Assembly (NCBI GenBank): GCA_043805855.1
Contig: JAZDHP010000009.1
Coordinates: 1-51,390 of the forward strand
Length of the DNA stretch: 51,390 nucleotides
Direction: 5' to 3'
From: Candidatus Micrarchaeota archaeon
Lineage (GTDB): Archaea; Micrarchaeota; Micrarchaeia; Norongarragalinales; UBA8480
Shown here: piece by piece, positions 37,824 to 47,570 of the stretch
Numbering within the stretch: position 1 is the first letter of the stretch
How the letters are laid out: each line of letters starts with the position of its first letter
The notes under the pieces: generated by a model
Databases searched by the model: none
What the model was told of the DNA's origin: nothing
What the model saw: the letters and a program-made list of their open reading frames with translations, nothing else
Made by a program: the position numbers and the translations under genes

Positions 37824-38738
37824 TTACTCTTCTTTTGGTTTACCGCGGCGCAAAACACGCGCGTACACAACATAGCCAATAATTAAAACAAGTAGCACAA
37901 TTGTTGCGTAAAACCACGGATTGAAATTATTGTTGCGGTCGCCAAAACCAGGCGCAGTTAATGGAATTGCGCTTGGGTTTGAACTTAGAAACGCGCTTGC
38001 AAGAGAAACGTTTTTCGTTACAATTCTCCTATTACCATTATAATCAGTATAGCTAATTTCAAGTTGAACACTCTTTGGAGATTCAGTGTTAACATTCTGC
38101 ACAACGCCGCGCACTAACCTGCGACTAGTAGCGTTATTCATCGTAACCCACGGAATCGAAACCACAGTATAATCTCCCGCGTTTAAATTACCCATAATAT
38201 TAGCATATTCAATTGGCGAATAAGTGCGAACAGTCACTGCATTAGCGTTGTTCTTACCAATATTAGAAATGGCAATTGGCAATTCACTGCCAGTCATTTC
38301 TTGAACAGCAACGTCAAAGTCAGTTGCAATATCGTCAACTTTAATTGAAACAGATTTTTCCTTAGTTACCATTTGCTGAGAATATTTCAAAATTATATTA
38401 TACGTCCCGGCAACTGCATCACCCCTAACGCGTATTCTATAGGGAACCATAATTGTTTTACCTGACGGAACTTCGCCAATATACTGCATTGCGATTTCTC
38501 CAGCGTCAAAATAAAAAGGATAAACTAAATCAAGATAAGTAGTAGCATTAGTAGCAGGTTGATTGCCAGTACTTTCAAGGTTAAACCACAAATCAACTTG
38601 CCCGCCAGGCGGAGCTAATACTGGGTCATACTTAAACAAAGAGGCGTTTAAAATTCCATAGCTATTACTGCGGCCATAATCCGCGTTTACATTCAATGCT
38701 AGCAAAAGCAAAGCCAATGCCAAAACTATTTTTTTCAT
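37824..38738 (-). CDS. S-layer-like (COG1361-type) membrane-anchored accessory protein
   Basis: Signal peptide, YDP..PG, NIGKNNANAV, GNLNAGDYT, C-terminal TM; lies inside the ABC operon. Confidence 0.75.
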   Translation of the reverse strand: MKKIVLALALLLLALNVNADYGRSNSYGILNASLFKYDPVLAPPGGQVDLWFNLESTGNQPATNATTYLDLVYPFYFDAGEIAMQYIGEVPSGKTIMVPYRIRVRGDAVAGTYNIILKYSQQMVTKEKSVSIKVDDIATDFDVAVQEMTGSELPIAISNIGKNNANAVTVRTYSPIEYANIMGNLNAGDYTVVSIPWVTMNNATSRRLVRGVVQNVNTESPKSVQLEISYTDYNGNRRIVTKNVSLASAFLSSNPSAIPLTAPGFGDRNNNFNPWFYATIVLLVLIIGYVVYARVLRRGKPKEE

Positions 38739-39409
38739 TTTTCCACCTTTTTTACAAGTTTACCGTCTTTCAAAATAAAATGACGATTACCAAGTTTTAC
38801 AAACCGCAAGTCGTGCGTAATTAAAATAATTGTTTTTCCACGTTTATTCAACGAAGTCAAAAGCTTTATTACTTCCTCGCCACTCTTGGAATCCAAATTG
38901 CCAGTAGGCTCATCAGCAAGGATTATTTCAGGGTCATTAGCCAACGCACGCGCAACTGCAACGCGCTGCATCTGACCACCACTCAACTCTCCAGGATAAT
39001 GCGTTTTCCTATCGCTAAGTCCAACTTCATTTAAGCGCAAAGACGCTTGTTGAACTGCATCGCTATAAGATTTTCCGTTAATTTCAATTGGAAGCGCAAC
39101 ATTGTCAAGTGCAGTTAAAGTTGGAAGCAAGTTAAACTGCTGGAAAATAAACCCAATCTTCTGATTACGAATACTAGACAATAACCCGTTAGCAGCACGG
39201 GAGGTTTTTATCCCGCCAATAAAAACTTCACCACTAGTAGGCACATCAAGACAACCAATAAGCGACATCAAAGTACTCTTGCCACTTCCAGAAGCACCGA
39301 TTATAACCGCGAAATCACCGTCTTTGATTTCAAGCGAAATACCATCAATCGCAGCTACTTTTACCCTTCCGCGTTTGTAAATTTTGCTAACGTCAACTAG
39401 TTTAATCAT
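38735..39409 (-). CDS. ABC transporter ATP-binding protein (LolD/MacB type)
   Basis: [29 protein letters not shown]. Confidence 0.95.
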   Translation of the reverse strand: MIKLVDVSKIYKRGRVKVAAIDGISLEIKDGDFAVIIGASGSGKSTLMSLIGCLDVPTSGEVFIGGIKTSRAANGLLSSIRNQKIGFIFQQFNLLPTLTALDNVALPIEINGKSYSDAVQQASLRLNEVGLSDRKTHYPGELSGGQMQRVAVARALANDPEIILADEPTGNLDSKSGEEVIKLLTSLNKRGKTIILITHDLRFVKLGNRHFILKDGKLVKKVEK

Positions 39410-39475
39410 AATTGATTACAAAGATAGTTAAAACATCGTGGGATTTAAATATATCGGACGTCTTATACTAACTTA

Positions 39476-39778
39476 ATGAAAACAGAAAAAAACCCTTCAA
39501 AATGCGACATGCGCGGATTCCTCTCCCTTTACATACTGTGGCTACTTTCTAAAAAGTCATGCTACGGCCAGGAAATTGCCAAAGCAATTGCAAAACACCG
39601 CGGGCAAAAACCAAAACCAGGAACACTTTATCCAGCTTTGAAAGTGCTGGAAAAAAAGAAACTCATAAAGCGCATAGGCATAGAAAAAAGAATTTACGAA
39701 CTCACACCAAACGGAAAACAAGCATTAAAACAAGCAGTTACTTACTTCAAAAAAGCGTTCCACGAAATACTAAAGTAA
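39476..39778 (+). CDS. PadR-family transcriptional regulator
   Basis: YGQEIAK, PGTLYPAL, YELTPNG. Confidence 0.9.
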   Translation: MKTEKNPSKCDMRGFLSLYILWLLSKKSCYGQEIAKAIAKHRGQKPKPGTLYPALKVLEKKKLIKRIGIEKRIYELTPNGKQALKQAVTYFKKAFHEILK

Positions 39779-39869
39779 TTCAAAAAAAACAATTAGTAAA
39801 CCAAATTAAACTCAAGTAAATACAAAGAAAAACACTACTTTTAAAAACCTACAACGCGTCGCAATTATC

Positions 39870-40145
39870 ATGAGTAAACTAAGCGTCAAGAAAACCGCGT
39901 TTACACTCGGAGCATTGTTTGGACTAATGCACCTAGTGTGGGCGTTACTAGTAGCATTTGGAATAGCAAAGGGACTCTACGACTGGATTTTAGGCCTTCA
40001 TTTCATTTCGCTACAATGGAACGTAATGCCATTCGACGTCGTAACCGCGTTGCTACTAATAATAGTAACTGCAATTATCGGTGCGATAACCGGCGCAGTA
40101 TTAGCTTGGCTATGGAATGGCTTACACGTCGACCACGACGTGTAA
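39870..40145 (+). CDS. Small membrane protein
   Basis: 91 aa, mostly hydrophobic helices (HLVWALLV, LHF, WLWN). Confidence 0.7.
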   Translation: MSKLSVKKTAFTLGALFGLMHLVWALLVAFGIAKGLYDWILGLHFISLQWNVMPFDVVTALLLIIVTAIIGAITGAVLAWLWNGLHVDHDV

Positions 40146-40252
40146 GACTTTATGCAAGGCAGTTGCCGTGCTTAAATAACCTTCAAGAATAGAAAAAGCA
40201 CTTAAACCAAAAAATCGAAATAGTTAAAAGCGCTTTTACATTAGTTTATTCT

Positions 40253-41983
40253 ATGAAAAATTCTATACTTTTGTTTGGACTTTTGTTTGTTTGTGGTTTG
40301 GTTTTTGCAGCTAGTTTACCTAGTACTTTGAAAGAATTAGATAAAAGCGCTACTTCAAGCGATAAAGCTGCGCTGGAACGCCTTCGTATTCCGGAGTTTG
40401 TCGAGCAGTTCAACGCTAACACTGAATTAATACCTTCTTTTGTTAAAGTAATTATTGGCACTGAGTTTATCAACGCTTATATTGACAACGAAATTGTGGG
40501 CTTCGCAACTAGCGATGCAAAAATAGCCGGTTACAAGTACGGCGAACTACAAGGCGGTTCAACGTTAAACGTTTACATTTCTAAACAAGATTTCAACGCT
40601 ATTCTCGACGGTAGACTAACCTATGAAACCGCACTACGTTCTAGAAAGCTGCGCTACGAAGCAGTGCGGCTAGATACAAAAGTCAAAACAATGGTACTCG
40701 AAGTGGCGGACTTCCTCCTATCAATTTTCAAAATCAAACCAGATTTAAAACTCGCGGCAAGCAATAAAAACAAAACTAACAACAGCAACTGGCTAGAAAA
40801 CGAACGCGAGAGAACTCCAGTAGACTACAATTGTACAGACAGTGATGGCGGCGAGTACAAAACTCACGCTGGCACCGTAACATTAACGCCAAATGGAAGA
40901 GTTGAAACTGAGTCAGATTTTTGTATAAATGAAACTTTTGTAAAGGAATATTACTGTGCACCGAGAAACAGCGGCGCTGGAATGTTTTACAAAGATTTAG
41001 CGTGTGGCGAAGACTACAAATGCGCTAACGGCGAATGTCAATACTTAAGTTACTTAACCTGTACAGACACGGATAATGGAGTAGACGCAGTTAATGTTGG
41101 AAATTTAACTCTAACGCAAACAAGCGGCACACGAACAACAATAATTCGCAATTATACTGACGCTTGCAGCGGAACTAATGCAATTAGCGAAAATTACTGC
41201 ACTCAACGCGACGACGGCAGGGCAGACTTTGCATTTTCAAACGTAAGGTGTCCATTTGGCTATCAATGCGCTAACGGCGGCTGTACACCCTTTGAAACAC
41301 AGTACCGTTGCTATGACAGCGACGCTGGATTAGAACTTCACACTTTTGGCACAGTAAATATAGTAGCTTCAAATGGCTCAATTATGAATTTAAGAGACGA
41401 ATGCCAAACAGGTTACTCGCGGCCAACAATAAGAGAATACTATTGCAATGAACAAGAACCCGGCAGGGTAACTTATAGAAATGACCCCTGCTATTCTGGA
41501 GAAACTTGCACTGACGGAAAATGCGTGGTGCCAACACTCCTAGGAAGTTGCACTGACCCAGACGCAACAAACTTCTTTGACAAATATATTAGAACAACAA
41601 CAACTAACTCCAGCGGAGCAAGTGGAACTGACTATTGCGAAGCAGATGTACCAATAGAATATGCTTGCCGCGGAAACAACGTTACCGCAATCAGATCATC
41701 ATGTTCAAGCGCAGAAGCTTGCATTAACGGCGTATGCGTTAGACCACCAAATGGATTCGCTTGGGCGCACTGCGTTGACAGCGACCAAGGCGTAAACGAA
41801 TTCCGGCTAGGCACAGTTACAATGACATATTCAAACCAAACTCAAAAAGAATTTCAAGACACTTGTTTAAACGAAAATACTGCTTTGGATTACGTTTGCG
41901 ACGCAATTAGCCAACGTGAACCACACGCGGTAAAAGTAGCATGTGACCCCGGAAAGAAATGCCGCATTGGCGTATGCAACTAA
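40253..41983 (+). CDS. Secreted protein: SCP2-like N-terminal domain plus five Cys-rich CxDxD repeats
   Basis: Signal peptide; repeats start CTDSDGG, CTDTDNG, CYDSDAG, CTDPDAT, CVDSDQG, each with D.C, (E/D)x(Y)xC and C..G.C. Confidence 0.75.
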   Translation: MKNSILLFGLLFVCGLVFAASLPSTLKELDKSATSSDKAALERLRIPEFVEQFNANTELIPSFVKVIIGTEFINAYIDNEIVGFATSDAKIAGYKYGELQGGSTLNVYISKQDFNAILDGRLTYETALRSRKLRYEAVRLDTKVKTMVLEVADFLLSIFKIKPDLKLAASNKNKTNNSNWLENERERTPVDYNCTDSDGGEYKTHAGTVTLTPNGRVETESDFCINETFVKEYYCAPRNSGAGMFYKDLACGEDYKCANGECQYLSYLTCTDTDNGVDAVNVGNLTLTQTSGTRTTIIRNYTDACSGTNAISENYCTQRDDGRADFAFSNVRCPFGYQCANGGCTPFETQYRCYDSDAGLELHTFGTVNIVASNGSIMNLRDECQTGYSRPTIREYYCNEQEPGRVTYRNDPCYSGETCTDGKCVVPTLLGSCTDPDATNFFDKYIRTTTTNSSGASGTDYCEADVPIEYACRGNNVTAIRSSCSSAEACINGVCVRPPNGFAWAHCVDSDQGVNEFRLGTVTMTYSNQTQKEFQDTCLNENTALDYVCDAISQREPHAVKVACDPGKKCRIGVCN

Positions 41984-42026
41984 AAAAAATACAAAGCATT
42001 AAAAGTATACCCTGAGTTTATACTTT

Positions 42027-42506
42027 ATGAAAACCGCATTGTTAACCTTTGGAACGTTACTATTACTATTTAGTGTTTTACCGCTTGTAACTGCAACTAC
42101 TGCTAGTGAAAACCCGGGAAATTCCACTGAAGATCGAATTGCTTTACAACGTTTGCGCATTCCAGAATTAGTTGACACAATCAACGCGAATGTAGATTCA
42201 ATGCCATGGGCGATTAAAGTCATAGTTGGCGATGAACTGATAAACATGTACCTCGACGATGAAGTTGTCGGTTTGTATACTGTCGGCGGACGCGTAGGCG
42301 GCTACCAGTACGGCGGACAATTCGGGCCGTCTTTAAACATATATACCAGCAAAGAAACTTTCAACGACTTGCTTGACCAAAAACTCGACTACTACACAGC
42401 AATACAAAACGGGCAGTTAAGATACGAAGCAGTCCACCCAATAACCAGAACCAAAGCTATAATCGCAGAAATAACCATCAACTTACTTAAATTCTTTGGC
42501 CTTTAA
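42027..42506 (+). CDS. Secreted stand-alone paralog of the N-terminal domain of 40253..41983
   Basis: ALQRLRIPELVDTINAN vs ALERLRIPEFVEQFNAN; LRYEAV shared. Confidence 0.75.
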   Translation: MKTALLTFGTLLLLFSVLPLVTATTASENPGNSTEDRIALQRLRIPELVDTINANVDSMPWAIKVIVGDELINMYLDDEVVGLYTVGGRVGGYQYGGQFGPSLNIYTSKETFNDLLDQKLDYYTAIQNGQLRYEAVHPITRTKAIIAEITINLLKFFGL

Positions 42507-42515
42507 TTTCAACAG

Positions 42516-43079
42516 CTAAGCACTGCCACGTAGCCAAGTAGATGGATTCCATATACTCCTAGGTTCGGGCATACGCGCAGTTACAATTCCACGTGGTTCG
42601 TGCTTTGCGCGCAAATCCTTAGTTATTTTAGAAAGCGCAATCGCAGCAGCGTCACGTATTGTTTTCTTCTGATTAGAAGTTCGAACTTCGCGGATGTGAG
42701 GCAACGCAGACTTAGCTCGATCACCCATATTGCCTAACGCAACTATTGCCGCACGCTTCACAGTTAAATCATCATGGCTAACCCCATATTTTATCATAGC
42801 ATCGACAAAACGCGCATCTTTAACGTGCCCTAGAGAAGTCATAATTGCAGCTTGCGTTTCAGGACTTAATTCCTTTTTACTTAAAATTCTATCTAAGTGT
42901 TCAGCCGCCTTACGCGCATTTTGTTTAGCGACATTTCTCATCGTAGCAGTTGCATGTAAAATTTGTTCGTCAGACACGTTACCAGATAAATGATTTACAA
43001 AACGATCAGTACTACCTTCAATTGAAAAAACTAGCTCTGTTTTTTTTAAACGATTAGGTTCAGTTTGCATGACATTCAT
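42516..43079 (-). CDS. HEAT-repeat protein (start re-called near 43079)
   Basis: VKRAAIVALGNMGDRAKSALP and IRDAAAIALSKI PBS/HEAT repeats; the track ORF extension overlaps the next gene antisense. Confidence 0.7.
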   Translation of the reverse strand: MNVMQTEPNRLKKTELVFSIEGSTDRFVNHLSGNVSDEQILHATATMRNVAKQNARKAAEHLDRILSKKELSPETQAAIMTSLGHVKDARFVDAMIKYGVSHDDLTVKRAAIVALGNMGDRAKSALPHIREVRTSNQKKTIRDAAAIALSKITKDLRAKHEPRGIVTARMPEPRSIWNPSTWLRGSA

Positions 43080-43134
43080 TTCTACGTCTGATTTATAAAA
43101 ACCTCCGCTGTAACTATTTTTGAAGTGATTTGTT

Positions 43135-43518
43135 ATGGCTAGAGTTGTTTTAGTTTTGAAACCAGAAGAACATATGTTTAAAGAATCCCTAACTGAAATT
43201 GGAATGAAATTTCTTGAAAAACTTGAAAAAACAGTTACACTTTCAAGCGACGACGAATTACACTTACAGGTAAAAGCCCACGTTGAAGGCAAGAAAAAGC
43301 GCTACGAAGTAAAAGCCAGAATGACTGTAAAGGGAAATGTTTACACAGCTGATGAAACGGATAATAAAGAAAGGAAAGACGAGTGGGACTTAAGTCAAAC
43401 AACTCATGAGGCGCTCGGGAAGTTGAAAACCGTAATTGAAAAACACGCAAAGCACAGGCAGTTAAAAGGTTTAACCGAAGAAGAAGCAATTGAAAAACGC
43501 GGAATGGAATGCTGCTAA
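43135..43518 (+). CDS. Stand-alone HPF/RaiA-like domain protein (tentative)
   Basis: LHLQVK...YEVKARM...WDLSQTTHEALGKLKTVI resembles the HPF-like domain of archaeal CBS-HPF proteins. Confidence 0.55.
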   Translation: MARVVLVLKPEEHMFKESLTEIGMKFLEKLEKTVTLSSDDELHLQVKAHVEGKKKRYEVKARMTVKGNVYTADETDNKERKDEWDLSQTTHEALGKLKTVIEKHAKHRQLKGLTEEEAIEKRGMECC

Positions 43519-43550
43519 ACGAATAAAAACCTCAACGTAGTTTTTACTGC

Positions 43551-44021
43551 ATGGTAATTTACATTGGTGCTGACCACGCGGGCTACGCGTTGAAACAGCA
43601 AATAGTTCAAAAACTATCTGGAAAATTTGACTTTGTTGACTTAACGCCAGAGTATACCGAAGGAGATGACTATCCCGACGTGGCTGAAAAAGTAGCTAAA
43701 CAAGTAAACAAGGACAAAACCAAGGGAATTTTAGTTTGCGGCAGCGCAGAAGGAATGTGCATCGCTGCCAATAAAATAAAAGGAATACGCGCTTCAGTAG
43801 CGTCAAACGACCGCACGGCGTTTCTAGCAAGGTGGCACGACGATGCAAATGTCTTGTGTCTCGCTGGCGGCCAGTTCAGCGACCCAGTTGCACGCCGTCT
43901 ACTCAAGCCAATGCCAGTTCAAACCGCAGTTGAAATAATTAAAACTTTTCTAACAACTGAATTCAGCGGAGAAGAACGCCACTTACGCCGAGTGAAAAAA
44001 ATCGCGGCGTTGGAAAAATAA
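43551..44021 (+). CDS. rpiB: Ribose-5-phosphate isomerase B
   Basis: IGADHAG, DDYPD, CGSAEG, ANKIKGIRA, HDDANVL, RHLRRV. Confidence 0.93.
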   Translation: MVIYIGADHAGYALKQQIVQKLSGKFDFVDLTPEYTEGDDYPDVAEKVAKQVNKDKTKGILVCGSAEGMCIAANKIKGIRASVASNDRTAFLARWHDDANVLCLAGGQFSDPVARRLLKPMPVQTAVEIIKTFLTTEFSGEERHLRRVKKIAALEK

Positions 44022-44045
44022 CCCTCGCAACCACTACGTCAAAAA

Positions 44046-44456
44046 TTACCACTTTTTAACTGCAATAAAAGTACGCGTATCTGCCACATGACTACATTTA
44101 CGCAACGCATCTATTTTTTCATCTAGACTAGTAATAGAATCAGCCTCTAGCACAGCACAACCATCAAACTCGCCAGATATTTCAAAAGCGGAAACGTGAA
44201 GTGAAAGCGCAGTAACTTCGCGCATCATTTTCTTCGTCTCTCCCTTTGCCTTGAGCATCACGATTCCAAACATAGATGCGTCGCCGCTAGCCTCAATTGT
44301 AAACTTACCAATTACTTTCCTCAGGACAAGTGAAACAATACGACTACGCACAGCGCCCTCAGTAAGCCCAATCCTATTTGCAATTTCTACATTATGCATC
44401 CTGCTGTTTTGCTTCAAAAGCGAAAGAATTTTCCCATCTATCAAATCAAGCTCCAT
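44046..44456 (-). CDS. Lrp/AsnC-family regulator (LysM-like), divergent from the lysine operon
   Basis: DGKILSLLKQNSR...LTEGAVRSRI HTH; EISGEFD in the RAM domain. Confidence 0.88.
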   Translation of the reverse strand: MELDLIDGKILSLLKQNSRMHNVEIANRIGLTEGAVRSRIVSLVLRKVIGKFTIEASGDASMFGIVMLKAKGETKKMMREVTALSLHVSAFEISGEFDGCAVLEADSITSLDEKIDALRKCSHVADTRTFIAVKKW

Positions 44457-44497
44457 ATGTATTCACACAATTAAATAAAACACACGAATATATAAAG

Positions 44498-44543
44498 ATT
44501 ACGAAAATCGTAATTAAACTACTATTTTAGTAACATTTATAAG
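44498..44543 (+). promoter_or_regulatory. Tandem Lrp-type operators plus TATA box of the dap operon
   Basis: Palindrome ATTACGAAAATCGTAAT (44498-44514); related CTACTATTTTAGTAA (44519-44533); TTTATAAG at 44536-44543, ~23 nt before the dapA ATG. Confidence 0.7.
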
Positions 44544-44566
44544 GTTTTATTAAGAAAAACGTATTT

Positions 44567-45562
44567 ATGGCGAATTATATGGAAAACTGCTGGACTGCAA
44601 TTGTAACTCCGATGAAGGAAGCAGGTGAGATCGACTACGAAGCATACGAACAGTTAGTTGAGTTTCAAATGCGAAATAGCGTAAGCGATATTTTAGTTAA
44701 TGGTACAACTGGCGAAAGCCCAACAACAACAGATGCGGAGAAAAAAAAGTTGCTTGAAATAACTTTGAATAAAAAAGCAAGCGTAGCAGCTGGATGTGGA
44801 ACAAATGACACAGCTCATTCTGAACACTTGGTTAACAATGCAGTGCAACTCGGAATAAACCGCATATTGTTAATAGATTGCTATTACAATGGTCCATCTT
44901 CACTCGAATTGCGAAACGAATATTACGGCTATTTATGCACTAGATTTCCACAAGTTAAATTCATCGCGTATGTTATTCCAGGAAGAACCGGCTGCGAATT
45001 AAGCGTAGAAGACCTTGCCGCGTTGCACAACCAGTTTCCAAATCTAGACACAGTAAAAGAAGCAACTGGAAATTTAGAACGAATGAAAGAAACACGCGCT
45101 TTGTCAAACGACTTGTGCATAATGTCAGGTGACGACGATTTAACTTACAAAATAATGACCGACAAGTCAATAAACGCAAGTGGCGTAATTTCAGTTGCAT
45201 CGAACATCGCTCCAAAAACAGTTCAGGAAATGTGCATAGCAGTAAACTCTGAAAATAAAGTCAAAGCACAGGAACTTTCACAAAAGCTAGCGCCATTATT
45301 TTCACTCATCACAGTAAAAAATGAGGGGCAGAAGTTCCGCAATCCAGTTCCATTTAAAACTGCAATGGCTGGCCTCGGAATGATAGAATATTTTTGCCGT
45401 AGACCGCTTGGCAAAATGACTCGGAACGCAACGCAACATGTTAGAGCTACGCTGAAAAAAATCTGGAGCGAAAATCCAGATATACTTGAACCAATTCAGG
45501 CACATTATGGAATTGACATCGAACAACGGCTTGCAACAGATGCCTACTGGCCGCATTACTAG
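44567..45562 (+). CDS. dapA: 4-hydroxy-tetrahydrodipicolinate synthase
   Basis: TAIVTP, GTTGESPT, YYNGPS, YVIPGRTG, VKEATG, SGDD. Confidence 0.93.
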   Translation: MANYMENCWTAIVTPMKEAGEIDYEAYEQLVEFQMRNSVSDILVNGTTGESPTTTDAEKKKLLEITLNKKASVAAGCGTNDTAHSEHLVNNAVQLGINRILLIDCYYNGPSSLELRNEYYGYLCTRFPQVKFIAYVIPGRTGCELSVEDLAALHNQFPNLDTVKEATGNLERMKETRALSNDLCIMSGDDDLTYKIMTDKSINASGVISVASNIAPKTVQEMCIAVNSENKVKAQELSQKLAPLFSLITVKNEGQKFRNPVPFKTAMAGLGMIEYFCRRPLGKMTRNATQHVRATLKKIWSENPDILEPIQAHYGIDIEQRLATDAYWPHY

Positions 45563-45577
45563 GAAAAAGGTGAACAA

Positions 45578-46276
45578 ATGATAAATATCTGCTTAGTTGG
45601 ATTTGGAAAAATGAACAAAGAAGTATACGAGGTTATTTCTAGTGACCGTGATGTAAAAATAATTTCGATTCTAGAGCCTAACCCGCAAAAAATTGAAGGA
45701 GTAGAAGTATTTAGCGAATCACAAAAAGCCTTTGAACTTGCAGACCTAGTTATAGATTTTTCAACTAAAGAAGCTTGCATTAAAAATATAGTAACGGCTA
45801 GCGCGATGGGTAAAAATGTTATAATCGGCACAACTGGAATGAGTAATAACGACTTAGAAAAAATCAAAGACGTCATCGCAATAAATAAAACAAGCGGAGT
45901 AATAGCTGGCAACTTTTCAGTAGGCGTTAATATTTTTATTGAAACTGCGAAACAACTCCATGAAAAACTTCCAAAATATGAGATGGAAATAATTGAAGTG
46001 CATCACAACCAAAAAAAGGACGCCCCGTCTGGAACTGCACTGCGAACATTAGTTGCACTTGGGAAAACTAAAGAAGAAATTACAGTACACTGCCTCCGCA
46101 TGGGCGACGTAATTGGCGACCATTCAGTAATTTTTGCAGGAAATTCTGAACGAATTGAACTAACTCACCGCGCAACTTCACGCAAATGCTTTGCACAAGG
46201 CGCACTTATGGCGGCGAAGTGGGTTGCGAGTAAAAAAGACGGCACACTGCACGATTTCAGAGAAGTGATTAAATAA
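45578..46276 (+). CDS. dapB: 4-hydroxy-tetrahydrodipicolinate reductase
   Basis: IDFS, IGTTG, NFSVGVN, EVHHNQKKDAPSGTA. Confidence 0.95.
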   Translation: MINICLVGFGKMNKEVYEVISSDRDVKIISILEPNPQKIEGVEVFSESQKAFELADLVIDFSTKEACIKNIVTASAMGKNVIIGTTGMSNNDLEKIKDVIAINKTSGVIAGNFSVGVNIFIETAKQLHEKLPKYEMEIIEVHHNQKKDAPSGTALRTLVALGKTKEEITVHCLRMGDVIGDHSVIFAGNSERIELTHRATSRKCFAQGALMAAKWVASKKDGTLHDFREVIK

Positions 46277-47554
46277 ATGATATTAGTACAGAAATTTGGA
46301 GGCGGAATACTTGCAACTAAGCAAGACTTTCAACGCGTTACAACTATAATTAAAAAAACAAATCCAAACGCAGTAGTTGTATCTGCAGTGCAAGGTGTTA
46401 CAGACGAGTTAATTGCAATGATAGAATTTGCAAAGCAAGGTGAATACCCAAAAGAAAGACTCCAGAAATTAGTCGAACGGCATTTAGAAATAACAAAGGG
46501 AAACGAAGCGCAACTTAGTGAAACTTTGGCAGTAATTGAAAAGGCGTTGCGAGGCATAAGCTTAACGGCCGAATGTAGCGAAAGGTTATATGCGCAGATC
46601 GTATCACGTGGCGAATATTTGTCCGCTCTAGTACTACAAAGCTTTTTACCTGCTTACCAATTCTGGCCTGCTGAAAACAGTATAGCCACGCATGGCAGCT
46701 ACCTAAACGCAAGGTGCGACTATGCCCGAACCAGCACTCCGCCTAATAATTCAATTGTAACTGGATTTTACGGAGTAAACGAAGCTGGAGAAATATGCTT
46801 ATTTGGAAGAGGCGGAACCGATTATACTGCTGCAGTAGTTAGCCGCGTCTTAAAAGCGAATATGCTAGAGTTTTGGAAAAATGTTGATGGCTTCTTAACT
46901 GCAGATCCGCGGATAGTGAAAAATTCAAAGCTTATTGAACAATTATCTTTTGAAGAAGCAAGTGAATTGAGTAGATTCGGCGCGAAAATACTACACCCTT
47001 CAGCAATGGAACCGCTTTACGGAACCGGAACACAAATTGAAGTTAAAAATGTTGAAACGCCACAAACACACGGTACAATCATAATAGAAAAACGCAGTTC
47101 AGGAGAAATTACCGCCATAACTGGCAGAAAAAACGTCGCCGCCATAAGCGTTTCTGGAGAAGAAATGGTAGACGCGTTTGGCATAGCGTCGAAAATATTG
47201 ACCAGAGTGGCAAATGCAGGAGTATCAATAGATGTTATTGCAACTGCACAGGCGAACATTTCTTTTACAGTTAATCGTGAAGATGCAGAAAAGGCGTTGG
47301 CGTCGCTAAGTGATTTAAAGCAAACCTTCAGCATAACTCAAAAAGAAAAACTCGCGCTGTTGGACATAGTTGGAACCGGGCTAAAGCAAAACCCCGCACT
47401 GCTATCGCGAATATTTTCAGCACTAGCAAAGCACAACATTTCAATTGAAATGATATCTCAAGGCGCATCTGAAATCGATTTGTCAATTTTAGTTAAAGAA
47501 AAGGATTATGAAAAAGCCACGCAGGTAATACACGCGGAGTTTTTTAAAACATGA
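46277..47554 (+). CDS. lysC: Aspartate kinase
   Basis: QKFGG, VVSA, GRGGTDYTA, TADPR, FGAKILHP, two ACT domains. Confidence 0.94.
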   Translation: MILVQKFGGGILATKQDFQRVTTIIKKTNPNAVVVSAVQGVTDELIAMIEFAKQGEYPKERLQKLVERHLEITKGNEAQLSETLAVIEKALRGISLTAECSERLYAQIVSRGEYLSALVLQSFLPAYQFWPAENSIATHGSYLNARCDYARTSTPPNNSIVTGFYGVNEAGEICLFGRGGTDYTAAVVSRVLKANMLEFWKNVDGFLTADPRIVKNSKLIEQLSFEEASELSRFGAKILHPSAMEPLYGTGTQIEVKNVETPQTHGTIIIEKRSSGEITAITGRKNVAAISVSGEEMVDAFGIASKILTRVANAGVSIDVIATAQANISFTVNREDAEKALASLSDLKQTFSITQKEKLALLDIVGTGLKQNPALLSRIFSALAKHNISIEMISQGASEIDLSILVKEKDYEKATQVIHAEFFKT

Positions 47555-47570
47555 AAGGTGAAAATTAAAA

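Noticed and set aside
43080-43292. N-terminal extension of the HEAT-repeat ORF
   Set aside because: Overlaps a divergent promoter and the 43135 gene antisense
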